DNA of 64,000 bases from Bacteroidota bacterium (GCA_013696965.1 JACCXN010000083.1:30363-94362), one strand, 5' to 3'. Positions 19,980-31,094 are shown, counted from the stretch's first letter. The notes: generated from the sequence alone by a model not told the origin. A program made the numbers and translations.

Positions 19980-20690
19980 ATGAATATTTTTAAAAAAATC
20001 ACACTTGCTTCTATATTAATATCAGCCCTTCTTACTGCTTCTTGCAATGATTGTGTAAAAGGTGAGGGTGAACCTGTAATTAAAACTTTGGTTCTTGAAT
20101 CCTTCAATGCTATTCATTTAACCGGTAGCTGGGGAGTAACCGTTACACAAGGGGTAGAACAAAAAGTAGAAATTATTGCTCCTGAAAACATTATTCATTT
20201 GTTAAATACTGATATTAAAAACAATACCTGGGATATTGCATTTAAGGAGTGTGTCCGGACAAAAAAAATAGAAATAAATATTATCACTCCTTCTATCGAA
20301 GCCATTACAGTTACAGGGTCAGGCAATGTAAAAAGCTTAAACAACTTAAATGTTAGTCAGATGAGGATTTCAGTAGCCGGATCTGGTGATATTGATCTAA
20401 TACTTAATTCCAGAGAAGTTTCAACAGATATATCAGGTTCAGGAAATGTAAAGTTAAGTGGAAGTGCTACAAATTTTGTGGCATCCATAACAGGATCAGG
20501 AGATATAGAAGCAGCTGATTTTATTACGTTAATAACAAAAATAAAAACAATAGGATCAGGAAATGCTTCAATTCATGCAACCGAATTGGTTGAGGCAACA
20601 ATAACTGGAAGTGGAGATATTAAATACAAGGATACAGGAGCAAAAGTAATTTCAGAAATTACTGGTTCTGGAGAAATTGTTAAAAAGTAA
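19980..20690 (+). CDS. Head GIN domain (DUF2807) lipoprotein
   Basis: Lipobox LTASC; seven (T/A/S/I)GSG(N/D/E) beta-helix repeats. Confidence 0.88.
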   Translation: MNIFKKITLASILISALLTASCNDCVKGEGEPVIKTLVLESFNAIHLTGSWGVTVTQGVEQKVEIIAPENIIHLLNTDIKNNTWDIAFKECVRTKKIEINIITPSIEAITVTGSGNVKSLNNLNVSQMRISVAGSGDIDLILNSREVSTDISGSGNVKLSGSATNFVASITGSGDIEAADFITLITKIKTIGSGNASIHATELVEATITGSGDIKYKDTGAKVISEITGSGEIVKK

Positions 20691-20694
20691 AAAC

Positions 20695-23600
20695 ATGAAC
20701 CAAAAGCAACAAAATTCAGCAACCCAGGAAAAAAAAGATACGCTGAAAGGGGTAAAACTAAATCCAATGAGTGAAACATATCAGTTAAAGAATAAAATTA
20801 GGATTGTAACTGCTGCCTCTCTTTTTGACGGACATGATGCATCCATTAATATTATGCGCAGGATTTTACAGGCAAGCGGGGCTGAGGTGATTCATTTGGG
20901 TCATGATCGGTCTGTACAGGATGTGGTAGATTGTGCTATACAGGAAGATGTTCAGGCTATTGCTATTACCTCTTATCAGGGAGGACATACAGAATATTTT
21001 AAGTATGCTTATGATCTGTTAAAAGAAAATGGTTGTGCTCATATTAAATTGTTCGGTGGTGGCGGAGGGGTAATACTGCCCTCGGAAATTCAGGAATTGC
21101 AGGAATATGGAATTTGTAAAATTTATACTCCTGACGATGGGCGTTCCATGGGATTGCAAGGCATGATTGATGACATGCTCGAAAAATGCGATTTTCCAAC
21201 TGGTAAATCAGTAGGCATGGATGAGGTTCAGGGACTTTCTCAAAAGAAATCAAGGGCAATAGCCAGGTTGATTTCTGCTGCTGAAAATTTTTATGAACAA
21301 TCAATTCCTGTTCTTGATCAGGTTAAGCAACTAGCATTGAAATCTAAAACTCCTGTAATTGGAATAACCGGAACTGGTGGGGCAGGAAAATCTTCGCTTG
21401 TTGATGAATTGGTGAGAAGGTTTCTGGCTGATTTTAAAGATAAAACGATCGCAATTATTTCCGTTGATCCTTCAAAAAGAAAAACAGGAGGAGCGCTTCT
21501 TGGCGATCGTATTAGAATGAATGCAATAGGCAATCCAAGGGTTTACATGCGCTCCTTAGCTACTCGTCAAAGCAACCTGGCCTTATCCCGTCATGTAAAT
21601 GAAGCTGTGGAAATAGTTAAAGCGGCAATGTTCGATCTTGTGATTCTTGAAACTTCAGGTATTGGCCAGTCCGATACGGAAATTATTGAACATTCCAATA
21701 TGAGTTTGTATGTAATGACTCCTGAATATGGAGCTGCAACCCAACTGGAGAAAATTGACATGCTTGATTTTGCCGATGTAATAGCATTAAATAAATTTGA
21801 CAAACGCGGTGCTCTGGATGCTTTAAGGGATGTTAAAAAGCAGTACAAAAGAAACCATAAATTATGGGATACTCCCGACCAGGACATACCCGTTTTTGGA
21901 ACAATTGCATCCCAGTTTAATGATCCTGGAATGAATATGCTGTATAAAAAGGTCATGGAAAAGCTGGTGGAAAAAACAGGCTCTGAATTAAAATCTACTT
22001 TTCATGTTGCCGATGAAATGTCAGAGAAAGTATTTATTATTCCACCCGCTAGAATAAGGTACCTTGCAGAAATAGCTGAAAATAACAGAGGTTACGATAC
22101 CTGGGTTTTAAATCAGGCTGAAATTGCCCAAACTTTATATAGTCTTAGAAAGTCTATTGAAACTATTTCCTGCTCCCAAATTGAGGATAAGGACGCACTT
22201 GTAAAAAAATTGGAGCAGGCTTATGCCCAACAGGAATTAAGCCTTGATGGAACAAACAGGAAAGTAATAGAAACCTGGCCAGAAAAAGCACAAGCATACA
22301 GTAACGAGTTTTTTGTTTTTAAGGTAAGGGATAAAGAAATAAAAATTAAAACCTATTATGAATCCCTTTCTCATTCTAAGATTCCTAAAATTGCAATGCC
22401 TAAGTACCAGGCCTGGGGAGATCTTTTAAAATGGAACCTTCAGGAAAATGTACCTGGAGAATTTCCATATACTTCGGGCGTATTTCCATTTAAAAGAGAG
22501 GGGGAGGACCCTACCCGGATGTTCGCTGGGGAAGGAGGGCCCGAAAGAACAAATCGCAGGTTCCATTATGTAAGCCTTGGTTTGCCTGCAAAACGACTTT
22601 CCACAGCTTTTGATTCCGTTACTTTATATGGTAATGATCCCGATCATCGTCCGGATATTTACGGGAAAATTGGCAATGCGGGAGTTTCTATCTGTTGTCT
22701 TGATGATGCTAAAAAACTTTACTCAGGTTTTAATCTTGCCAGCGCTTCAACATCCGTAAGTATGACCATTAATGGACCAGCTGCAATGTTAACAGGATTT
22801 TTTATGAATGCTGCAATTGATCAACAATGTGAGTTATACATTAAACAAAATGCAATTGAGCAGCAGGTAAAAGATAAAATTGAAAAAATATATAAACAAA
22901 AGGGTACCATCCGTCCTTCCTACCAGGGAAGTCTTCCTCATGGAAATGATGGTCTTGGGCTTATGTTAATTGGAGTTACAGGGGATCAGGTTTTGCCGGA
23001 TGAGGTTTATCAAAAGATAAAAGCAGAAACAATTGCAGCAGTAAGAGGAACAGTACAGGCGGATATTTTAAAGGAAGATCAGGCTCAAAACACCTGCATT
23101 TTCTCCACCGAGTTTGCTCTTAGATTAATGGGTGATATGCAAGAATATTTTATCACCAACAATATCCGGAATTTTTATTCTGTATCCATTTCCGGATACC
23201 ATATTGCAGAGGCAGGTGCAAATCCCATTACTCAGTTGGCGTTTACCCTTTCCAATGGTTTTACCTATGTAGAATATTATCTTTCCAGGGGAATGGATAT
23301 AAATAAGTTCGCTCCGAATTTATCCTTCTTTTTCTCCAATGGAATTGATCCTGAATATGCAGTGATAGGAAGAGTTGCAAGAAGGATTTGGGCTAAAGCA
23401 ATGAAGAAAAAATATGGAGCAAATGAACGCTCTCAAATGCTTAAATATCATATTCAAACCTCAGGACGATCTTTACACGCCCAGGAGATAGATTTTAATG
23501 ATATAAGAACCACCCTGCAAGCCCTTTACGCTATTTATGATAATTGTAATTCTTTGCATACCAATGCTTATGATGAGGCAATTACTACTCCCACTGAAGA

Positions 23601-24144
23601 AAGTGTGAGAAGGGCTATGGCAATTCAACTTATTATAAATAGGGAGCTTGGATTAGCCAAAAACGAAAATCCACTACAAGGTTCTTTTATCATTGAAGAA
23701 CTTACTGATCTTGTGGAAGAAGCAGTATTGGTTGAGTTCGACAAGATCACAGAGAGAGGAGGAGTATTGGGTGCCATGGAAACAATGTATCAAAGAGGCA
23801 AAATACAGGAAGAAAGTCTGTATTATGAAACACTTAAACATACGGGTGAATATCCCATTATAGGTGTTAACACTTTTTTATCTTCCAAAGGTTCTCCAAC
23901 ACTAGTTCCTGCTGAGGTAATTAGGGCAACTCAAGAAGAAAAAGAGTATCAGATTGAAATGGTTGAACAATTGCATAAATCCAATAAGGATAAGGCTAGC
24001 CAAATGCTTAGGGAGCTGCAAATAGCTGCGATTCAAAACAACAATATTTTCGAGAAGTTAATGGAAGTAAGTAAATATTGTTCTTTAGGACAAATAACAA
24101 GCGCATTGTTTGAAGTTGGAGGACAATATAGAAGGAATATGTAA
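20695..24144 (+). CDS. icmF: IcmF: fused cobalamin-binding domain / MeaI GTPase / isobutyryl-CoA mutase
   Basis: [10 protein letters not shown]12-binding motif; P-loop GTGGAGKS; ETSGIGQ; NKFD; TRMFAGEG with Phe at the ICM specificity position; [10 protein letters not shown]. Start could be 20695 or 20767. Confidence 0.92.
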   Translation: MNQKQQNSATQEKKDTLKGVKLNPMSETYQLKNKIRIVTAASLFDGHDASINIMRRILQASGAEVIHLGHDRSVQDVVDCAIQEDVQAIAITSYQGGHTEYFKYAYDLLKENGCAHIKLFGGGGGVILPSEIQELQEYGICKIYTPDDGRSMGLQGMIDDMLEKCDFPTGKSVGMDEVQGLSQKKSRAIARLISAAENFYEQSIPVLDQVKQLALKSKTPVIGITGTGGAGKSSLVDELVRRFLADFKDKTIAIISVDPSKRKTGGALLGDRIRMNAIGNPRVYMRSLATRQSNLALSRHVNEAVEIVKAAMFDLVILETSGIGQSDTEIIEHSNMSLYVMTPEYGAATQLEKIDMLDFADVIALNKFDKRGALDALRDVKKQYKRNHKLWDTPDQDIPVFGTIASQFNDPGMNMLYKKVMEKLVEKTGSELKSTFHVADEMSEKVFIIPPARIRYLAEIAENNRGYDTWVLNQAEIAQTLYSLRKSIETISCSQIEDKDALVKKLEQAYAQQELSLDGTNRKVIETWPEKAQAYSNEFFVFKVRDKEIKIKTYYESLSHSKIPKIAMPKYQAWGDLLKWNLQENVPGEFPYTSGVFPFKREGEDPTRMFAGEGGPERTNRRFHYVSLGLPAKRLSTAFDSVTLYGNDPDHRPDIYGKIGNAGVSICCLDDAKKLYSGFNLASASTSVSMTINGPAAMLTGFFMNAAIDQQCELYIKQNAIEQQVKDKIEKIYKQKGTIRPSYQGSLPHGNDGLGLMLIGVTGDQVLPDEVYQKIKAETIAAVRGTVQADILKEDQAQNTCIFSTEFALRLMGDMQEYFITNNIRNFYSVSISGYHIAEAGANPITQLAFTLSNGFTYVEYYLSRGMDINKFAPNLSFFFSNGIDPEYAVIGRVARRIWAKAMKKKYGANERSQMLKYHIQTSGRSLHAQEIDFNDIRTTLQALYAIYDNCNSLHTNAYDEAITTPTEESVRRAMAIQLIINRELGLAKNENPLQGSFIIEELTDLVEEAVLVEFDKITERGGVLGAMETMYQRGKIQEESLYYETLKHTGEYPIIGVNTFLSSKGSPTLVPAEVIRATQEEKEYQIEMVEQLHKSNKDKASQMLRELQIAAIQNNNIFEKLMEVSKYCSLGQITSALFEVGGQYRRNM

Positions 24145-24172
24145 TTTAACAGAATTTGAATAAGCTGTAATT

Positions 24173-24622
24173 TTATTCATGTTCATTAAACATGTTTACA
24201 AAATCAGCTTTTTCAAAGGGGTAGGCATTAAAAGTGCCAATTGCTTTGGCGATTAAAATATTGTTACGGTTCTTACATACTATTTCACCACTTGCAATTA
24301 TTATTCGCTTGCCTTTTTGTTCAACTCTTCCTGTCCCGATTAATATATCAGATTTATATACAGGATTTAGAAAATTGATTTTAAATTCAATAGTTGATAC
24401 AAGATTCTCTTCCTGAGCAGAAGCGGACAATGCTGCAACTCCTAAAACACCATCCATGAAACCTGCAACTGCACCACCATGTGCAGCAATTGGTGTTGCC
24501 ATATGCTGATCTTTTATTTCCATTTCATAAACAATATGGCCGGGCTCAATAACATGTACCTTCATTCCGTTTACTTCACCGTATTTGTTTATTTTGTTAT
24601 ATATTTCAAGTAATCTGTCCAT
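24173..24622 (-). CDS. PaaI family (hotdog-fold) thioesterase
   Basis: AHGGAVAGFMD..LG, TIEFKINFLNP, G.V...GKRI. Confidence 0.88.
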   Translation of the reverse strand: MDRLLEIYNKINKYGEVNGMKVHVIEPGHIVYEMEIKDQHMATPIAAHGGAVAGFMDGVLGVAALSASAQEENLVSTIEFKINFLNPVYKSDILIGTGRVEQKGKRIIIASGEIVCKNRNNILIAKAIGTFNAYPFEKADFVNMFNEHE

Positions 24623-24652
24623 TTACATTGTTTGTGATTATTTTTAATAATG

Positions 24653-24693
24653 CAAATATAAGGGTTAAGATAGACAAGGAATTGTTAAATTTG
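24653..24693. promoter_or_regulatory. Back-to-back divergent -7 boxes
   Basis: TATATTTG on minus at 24653-24660 (PaaI gene) and TAAATTTG on plus at 24686-24693 (24708 gene). Confidence 0.6.
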
Positions 24694-24707
24694 TAAAAAC
24701 CAAAATT

Positions 24708-25538
24708 ATGATAAAATATATTTTTCCATTATTGCTGTTAATTGTTTCTTGTAAAGAGGCTCAAAATGAACAACCAAGTGAAGTTTCTCTGGAAAATCAG
24801 CGATTAATAGCAGAGGCAAATTACAAGGATTCTGTCATTAGCTATTATATTAGTTCTGTAAATGAAATTGAGGAAAATCTTTCAGAAATAAAACAAAAAG
24901 AAAATATACTTTCTTTGGATATTACGAGTAAGGAATCATCATCCAGCAAGGAAGACCGCATTCTATCAGATATAGAACTGATAAATGAATTAATGGTTAA
25001 AAACAAAAAAAAGATTTCCGAACTTGAGAAGCACCTAAAAGAAAGTAAACTTCAAAGCAAAGAATTCGAGAAGTTAATTGCTACGCTAACAAAACAAATA
25101 CAGGATAAGGATTTGGAAATTGGTAATCTAAAAGCTGAACTGATAAAAGTAAACAGTGCATTGGCACATCTTTTTTCAGAATATAATAACAGGCTTGATG
25201 AACTGGATCAGCAAACTAATCTAATTAATGCAGCATTTTACGCTATTGGTACAGCAAAAGAGCTTCGTGAAAAAGGTGTGTTAACCAAAGAAGGAGGTTT
25301 CATTGGAATTGGAAAGGCAACAAAATTAATGGATGATTTTAATAAGAGTTATTTTACTCAATTAGACATTACTCAAACACCTTCCATTCAGTTATTTAGT
25401 AAAAATGCTAAATTGATAACCAACCATCCCAAAGGTTCCTATCAAATAAGTAGTGAGGGGAATAAACAAGTATTAATAATTTCTGATTCAATAGAATTCT
25501 GGAGCGTATCTAAATACCTGGTTGTTGTAGTAGATTAA
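24708..25538 (+). CDS. Coiled-coil lipoprotein (recalled as resembling the Cbp1 adhesin-like family; unverified)
   Basis: Lipobox IVSC; long heptad-rich N-terminal half; C-terminal AFYAIGT.KEL...GV...GGFIG.G and HPKGSY. Confidence 0.7.
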   Translation: MIKYIFPLLLLIVSCKEAQNEQPSEVSLENQRLIAEANYKDSVISYYISSVNEIEENLSEIKQKENILSLDITSKESSSSKEDRILSDIELINELMVKNKKKISELEKHLKESKLQSKEFEKLIATLTKQIQDKDLEIGNLKAELIKVNSALAHLFSEYNNRLDELDQQTNLINAAFYAIGTAKELREKGVLTKEGGFIGIGKATKLMDDFNKSYFTQLDITQTPSIQLFSKNAKLITNHPKGSYQISSEGNKQVLIISDSIEFWSVSKYLVVVVD

Positions 25539-25556
25539 TATCAAGAAATTTCCAGA

Positions 25557-25582
25557 AAGGAAACAGGAAGGAAACAGGAAGG
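25557..25582. repeat. Short tandem duplication (AAGGAAACAGG)2AAGG
   Basis: Read directly in the spacer between convergent genes. Confidence 0.85.
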
Positions 25583-25611
25583 GATAGATTGGAAACTAAA
25601 AATTGAATAAT

Positions 25612-25806
25612 TTAACTTCTTTCTAAAGAATTATTTATTTTTAGTTTGTTCAGGCATCTGACAAATGCATCCCTCATTCCCTCATATTGAGCCTCTCTGC
25701 CAAAATTATGCGATTGGTTTGCCTCATTTATTGCTTTATTCGTATGGTCTATCTGTTGGGTTAGCCAGCTGACAATATCTTGTAGTTGTTCATTACTCAT
25801 AAGCAA
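25612..25806 (-). CDS. Small helical hypothetical protein (64 aa)
   Basis: ORF starts 15 nt after the mltF-like stop; amphipathic helical composition. Confidence 0.65.
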   Translation of the reverse strand: MLMSNEQLQDIVSWLTQQIDHTNKAINEANQSHNFGREAQYEGMRDAFVRCLNKLKINNSLERS

Positions 25807-25821
25807 AGGTTTTAGTGAACA

Positions 25822-27345
25822 TCAGAGTTGTATTTTACGTGAATTTTTTACAATGGTTTCATTATCTGAGTTTTCATTAAAAGTATTTTTGTAATGTTCA
25901 TATCTGATTAATATTTCTTTTACAAATTTTACTGGTTCCTGTCCGCGGCAATAACCATGTTTTACTACAGGATCTTTATAAAATTCAGGATAGGATTTTT
26001 GAATTAAGAAATAAGCCACGTTGTCATCCCATTCGTTTGGATTTCGTTCATATTTAATTGCAAGGCGGCGCGCATCAATAACATGTCCAAGTCCTACATT
26101 ATAGGATGCAAGTACAAATTTTATTCTTTCTTTTTCATCAAAAATGTATTTTTTCCAGTATTTCTCCCTTTTTAGTAAATAATTTGTTCCTGCTTTTATG
26201 CTTAAATCTGGAGTAATATCTATGCTATCAGGATAATAATGTGAATAGGTAGAGGGCATCATTTGCATTAAACCTGAAGCACCCATCCATGATTCAGCAT
26301 CATGATTAAATCTGGACTCCTGACATATTAATGCAGCAACTAAACGCCAGTCCCAGCCAATTCGGGTACTGAATTTTTTAATCAATGGATCATACTGTGA
26401 AATATTCCCACCATTTAAAGAAAAATAATTGCTTTCGGAACGCTTTATAGCAGCTTTTGAGTTTTTAAAATACTTGTTGTGAATTAATGCAATTTTTGTT
26501 TTAGTTTCTTTTTTTTGTAACCAATTGTTTAACTCTAATAAAAATTCATCGGAATCCTTGCCAACAGCCCATGCAATTTGTTGGGGAAAACTAATGGCAG
26601 TTCTTACATCAATATCAGGATAATAAGTTTGATTCATCAAAGCAATGTTTTCATCGGCTATTGTATAATCAATTGTGCCGTAAGATACTTGTGCTATTAA
26701 TTGTTCAGTATCCATTTTTCCAGGGGCTTCCCTTATTAATATTTTTGCACCTATTTCATCTGAAAGACTAATTAATCGAGGATAAAAGGATGATTCTTTT
26801 CTAACATGAACTGTTTTTCCTGCTAGATCCACCGTATTTCTTACCAAATGTTTTTCCAATTCAGAACCCGACATTTTTCTCCAATTTCCCGGTTTTTTTT
26901 GTACCAGCACTTGTTTGGTTATCATTAAAGGATTACTGAATTTTACCTTTGTGCTTCGTTCCTTGGTAACTGTAATATTTGCAGCTATAATATTGGCTTC
27001 GCCATTGGTAAGCTGGGTAAATATTTTATCCATATCCTTTGCTACCCTTATTTCAAGATCAACATTTAAATGCTTTGCAAATAATTTGAGCATTTCAAAT
27101 TCAAAGCCCATTGGCTCGCCCTTGTAAATAAAATAACTTGTGGAACTGTTTTCGGTTATAGCAATTAATTTGCCTTTTGCTTTTATTTCAGCTAAATCTA
27201 TTGAGGCAATTGGTTGTATGAATTTTTCAGTGTTTTCATTCGAATTTTTATTTATCAAATATTTGCCCACAAAAAGAAACATTAAAAGCAGAATAATAAT
27301 TCCTGCCTTTTTATAAATTTCTATATATGTATTTGAATAAAACAT
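25822..27345 (-). CDS. mltF: MltF-like lytic transglycosylase (SBP_bac_3 plus SLT domains)
   Basis: GFEFEM...FA..L substrate-binding domain; SLT motifs ALICQESRF, ASGLMQMMP, LASYNVGLGHV. Confidence 0.85.
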   Translation of the reverse strand: MFYSNTYIEIYKKAGIIILLLMFLFVGKYLINKNSNENTEKFIQPIASIDLAEIKAKGKLIAITENSSTSYFIYKGEPMGFEFEMLKLFAKHLNVDLEIRVAKDMDKIFTQLTNGEANIIAANITVTKERSTKVKFSNPLMITKQVLVQKKPGNWRKMSGSELEKHLVRNTVDLAGKTVHVRKESSFYPRLISLSDEIGAKILIREAPGKMDTEQLIAQVSYGTIDYTIADENIALMNQTYYPDIDVRTAISFPQQIAWAVGKDSDEFLLELNNWLQKKETKTKIALIHNKYFKNSKAAIKRSESNYFSLNGGNISQYDPLIKKFSTRIGWDWRLVAALICQESRFNHDAESWMGASGLMQMMPSTYSHYYPDSIDITPDLSIKAGTNYLLKREKYWKKYIFDEKERIKFVLASYNVGLGHVIDARRLAIKYERNPNEWDDNVAYFLIQKSYPEFYKDPVVKHGYCRGQEPVKFVKEILIRYEHYKNTFNENSDNETIVKNSRKIQL

Positions 27346-27816
27346 GCAGCACTTTATTTCCTCGATTAAAATATATCTTTACGCAACTCTGTAAAAAATG
27401 GTTACTTTATAATGTTTTCAATCCGGAAAAACACAAAATTTATTAGCTTGTATTTTTCATTTAATTGTTGATATAGAGCATTAACAAGTTGAAATTTATT
27501 CCTTTTTTTTTCTAGTCGAAAATAATTTGTTTTTCCCTTAAGAAATAATTTATGGGTGCAAAATTTCCATGATTACATTTGCTGTTTTCAATATTGTTTG
27601 AACAACGGTCAATATTCGGTAAATACTTCCATTCCACAAAAAGAATCTTTATGATTTGTAAATGATTGAAAAATTAAAGTAGAATTATAAGCAACGGAAG
27701 AGATTTTAAGTGTAGAATAATGAGAAAGTGGGTTTAAAAGTTTTCCTTTTACCCAAAAACTATATAACAAGTATTAAAAAATGAAATTGATCCTGTTCAT
27801 TTTATTGGAACTGATT

Positions 27817-30714
27817 TTATTTAGAACATTCAATATAAAGGAGGTCATCAAATGGGGAATTTAATGGAACACCTAAATTCACGGGTTTTTTCCAGGAACT
27901 GTTAAGTTCATCCCAATCGCTTTTAAAGATATCAAACCCGCCCATGGTCTCATGACCTTTGGATGAAAAAAACAAAGATTTTCCATCTACTGACAAAAAA
28001 GGGAATTCTTCATCATAAATTGTGTTGATAACATCTAATTTAAATGGAATACTCCATTCACCGTTAGGAAGTTTTCTTAATGAAAAAATATCCTTATTGT
28101 CACTTTCTCCATAACTGGAAAATAAGATATGGGTTTTATCAGGTGAAAGAAACAAAGTTGACTGATAATTTTTCTTTTTATCATTATTTGATTTGATGTC
28201 TTCAGGAATTACAAGCACTTTTGCGCCAGATTCTATATCACTATATATTTTAATTATGTGATCAAAGCTTACCGTATGCCTTTTAATTACTTCAATTACG
28301 GATGGATTGTCAACATGTTTTTTTCCGTTTTCACAAAATACAATTTCTTCATTAATTTTCAACTTTTCAATATCAACGGCCTTTGCAGTTTTCTTGAAGA
28401 TTTCATAAGCTGTTATTGCCTTGCTGAATCGGTAGCTATAATAGTAGGATTTACCCAGGTAATAAAAAACATCTTCAGGACTGCTGCTTATTGTGGCTGC
28501 CTTTTCGAAATATTGACTGCAGAGGACTTTGTCTTTTCTGGTATTGAAAAGACTTAAACCAAAATAATAAGCATCAGTGCCTTGGATATCCATTATCCAC
28601 TCCAGTTCAGTGAAAATTTCAACAGCTTCTATAAATTTACCCTGTTGTGTAAAACTAATTGCTTTTTTTATCATTTCCTTGTCCTTTATCTGCTGCTCAT
28701 TAGTTCTAATAGGCTTTGAAGAAACAGAAACTATAACTTTTTTTGCAGAGATTTCATGTTTTGATAATGGATATTCTGCCGGTAAACTGGCTGCTGATTC
28801 TTCTGTGAAAAAATTATTTATTTTTAAAACAACCTCATCATTTTCTATTAAAACCCTGATTTCTTGTCTAAAAATAAAATCACTGGTTTTTTCTGGGATT
28901 ATTAAAATCGCACTAAATTCAGGATAATAAATACAACTTACAGTTAATTCATATTCCTTGTTGGGATTCAAAGCCATTAGGTAATTTCCTGATACAGAAT
29001 TAGTTCTGCAAATACCTGCCATTTCTCCACTTTCATTGTCGAAAATTGTGATTATGGCATCCCTGGAATTAAGGGAATCAAGTGTTGTGAAATGTCCTTT
29101 TATTATAAATACTGGTAGGGTGTTTTTTAATAATTTTATGTTAATGTATTCAAATTGATTTTGATCTCTTCTGTTGGAAGAAAATGAAGCGAATTCTCCA
29201 ATTGAATCAGTTACGAAAAGTATATCATCAAAAGGGGAGTTTATTGGATAACCTAAATTTACAGGTGCTGACCAGGATGATGTTATAGAATTACGAGTGC
29301 ATTTAAATATATCATAACCACCCATGCTGTTATGGCCTTTTGAAGAAAAATACAGTGTCTTTCCGTTTTCAGTAATAAAAGGATAATCCTCATCGTAGGG
29401 AGTATTTAATGTTTCAAGTGCCTCACTTTGTCCATAGGATCCATCTTGCATCAAAGCATTTTTATAAAGGTCTTTTTTGCTGTTTCCTGTTAAACCATAA
29501 CTTACTTGGATTGTTTCACTATTGCCATTGCTACACATGAGCAATTTTTCTTTTTTCTTTTTATCCAGAGGTGAAATAAAAAACTCGGTTTTGTATTTTA
29601 TTCTTTCATTAATTAATTGTGAATTGTAATAGGTTAATAATCTGCTATTGTCAATATAGGTGCGACTTTCAATTTCAATAGAATTCTGTTCGGCAAATAA
29701 TTTATTCCCGCTTTCACAGTTTTTTATCAATAAATCAATGTTGGTTTTTAATCCCTCCTCATTAGAGCATTTTTTTTCAAACTGTTCATATGAGCTTTGA
29801 GCATCCTTGAACATACAGGATAAATGATAAGCATTGCCAAGATGAAACCAAACATCATAAGGAATTTCTTTAGCTAGTGTTGCATTTTGTAAAAACGTAA
29901 TGGCTTTGGATTTCCTTTTTTCTGTATTTAATAAACATATCCCATAATAATAATTAAGAAAAGGTTCTCCACTATCGTTTTGTAATAATTGAGCATACAA
30001 TGCCCCTGCTGTAATAAAATCCTTATTATTAAAAGCAGTTTTTGCTTCAATAGGTCTTTTTTCCTCTATTTCTATTTGTTTTTTTACCAGTTCATTAATA
30101 CTGGTAACTGGTTCCTTAATAGGGTTGCTGAAAGCAAGCGGGGCCTGGTAATTTATAAATTTATCCTGTTCAAGGTCCTCATGCATTGGAAGCCTAAAAA
30201 AAGTAGCATTGCCATCAGAAAACCAATTGTTGATTTTAACTGTTGGTTTTTTCGTGTCGTGAATACTAACTGTTATCTCCTGCTTGCATATCTCATAAAC
30301 TACTTTTAGTGGTACTTCTACAATTTGCTCTATGGTTTCGTAAATGCCAAATTTAATTTGAAACAGGTATTTGATATTAGGTGCTAAAATTAATAGGTAT
30401 TTGCCAGTAAATTGATTGGAATTAAAAATGCCTATTAATTTATCATCAGAAGCATTGTACACTTTAATTTCTGCAAATTTTAAATCAGGATAATTCAATA
30501 CTGAAAAGCTTCCTCTAATAAAAATAGGCTTTAATTCCTGAGAATATGTTGATAACTTTAAAACCTCAATTTGGTTTTCTTCGGAATTTCTGTTTGAGGC
30601 AATACAAAAGGAATTGGTGTTTTTTTTCAATAGATTTGTATAATCTGTAGGTGCTTGCGCAAATACCCAAACAACATTTAATAATAAACTTAATAAAAAA
30701 CAGCTGATTTTCAT
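27817..30714 (-). CDS. Secreted TPR / PD40 (WD40-like) repeat protein, PorE-like tandem architecture, no OmpA domain
   Basis: Signal peptide; two TPR blocks; PD40 motifs EDYPFI...G.TLYFSSKGH.SMGGYDIF (twice) and PVNLG.P.NSPFDD (twice). Confidence 0.8.
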   Translation of the reverse strand: MKISCFLLSLLLNVVWVFAQAPTDYTNLLKKNTNSFCIASNRNSEENQIEVLKLSTYSQELKPIFIRGSFSVLNYPDLKFAEIKVYNASDDKLIGIFNSNQFTGKYLLILAPNIKYLFQIKFGIYETIEQIVEVPLKVVYEICKQEITVSIHDTKKPTVKINNWFSDGNATFFRLPMHEDLEQDKFINYQAPLAFSNPIKEPVTSINELVKKQIEIEEKRPIEAKTAFNNKDFITAGALYAQLLQNDSGEPFLNYYYGICLLNTEKRKSKAITFLQNATLAKEIPYDVWFHLGNAYHLSCMFKDAQSSYEQFEKKCSNEEGLKTNIDLLIKNCESGNKLFAEQNSIEIESRTYIDNSRLLTYYNSQLINERIKYKTEFFISPLDKKKKEKLLMCSNGNSETIQVSYGLTGNSKKDLYKNALMQDGSYGQSEALETLNTPYDEDYPFITENGKTLYFSSKGHNSMGGYDIFKCTRNSITSSWSAPVNLGYPINSPFDDILFVTDSIGEFASFSSNRRDQNQFEYINIKLLKNTLPVFIIKGHFTTLDSLNSRDAIITIFDNESGEMAGICRTNSVSGNYLMALNPNKEYELTVSCIYYPEFSAILIIPEKTSDFIFRQEIRVLIENDEVVLKINNFFTEESAASLPAEYPLSKHEISAKKVIVSVSSKPIRTNEQQIKDKEMIKKAISFTQQGKFIEAVEIFTELEWIMDIQGTDAYYFGLSLFNTRKDKVLCSQYFEKAATISSSPEDVFYYLGKSYYYSYRFSKAITAYEIFKKTAKAVDIEKLKINEEIVFCENGKKHVDNPSVIEVIKRHTVSFDHIIKIYSDIESGAKVLVIPEDIKSNNDKKKNYQSTLFLSPDKTHILFSSYGESDNKDIFSLRKLPNGEWSIPFKLDVINTIYDEEFPFLSVDGKSLFFSSKGHETMGGFDIFKSDWDELNSSWKKPVNLGVPLNSPFDDLLYIECSK

Positions 30715-31067
30715 TGTTCTAAATTAAAATAATTTAACATAAAATGGACAAATTGTAATGGTGTTTTTTAACAATGATTTTTTTTGTTTTTTTTGGTAAA
30801 AAAGGATTTTGTAAATTTTCACTAAAAACATATTCAGATGAATTTACTTTTTTTTAACTATATTCATGGAGTAAGCGGATCAAAAGCAGATTGGATTTTT
30901 ATTTAAAAGCTGTTGTTTCCCGCTAATTAAGATTTTATTAAATTTGAATTGTCTTTTTGTTTTGGCATTCTTCTAAATTGAGTGTTAACACTACTAATAG
31001 TGAGCAATATAGTTGATTTGCCAACGTATAATAGATGATATTATAGATTATTTAATATTATAATAAT

Positions 31068-31075
31068 TACTTTTG
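31068..31075 (+). promoter_or_regulatory. Bacteroidota -7 promoter box
   Basis: TACTTTTG upstream of 31095. Confidence 0.5.
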
Positions 31076-31094
31076 TTTCTTTACTGAATAGTAT

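Noticed and set aside
19898-20766. Cobalamin riboswitch upstream of icmF
   Set aside because: icmF follows the GIN gene by 4 nt, and the short upstream spacer has no B12-box-like sequence.
20695-24144. Annotation as methylmalonyl-CoA mutase
   Set aside because: The fused GTPase and Phe in TRMFAGEG (Tyr in MCM) indicate IcmF.
27574-27581. Plus-strand TACATTTG box pointing antisense into the TPR/PD40 gene
   Set aside because: No credible downstream ORF or structured RNA; such octamers occur by chance in AT-rich spacers.
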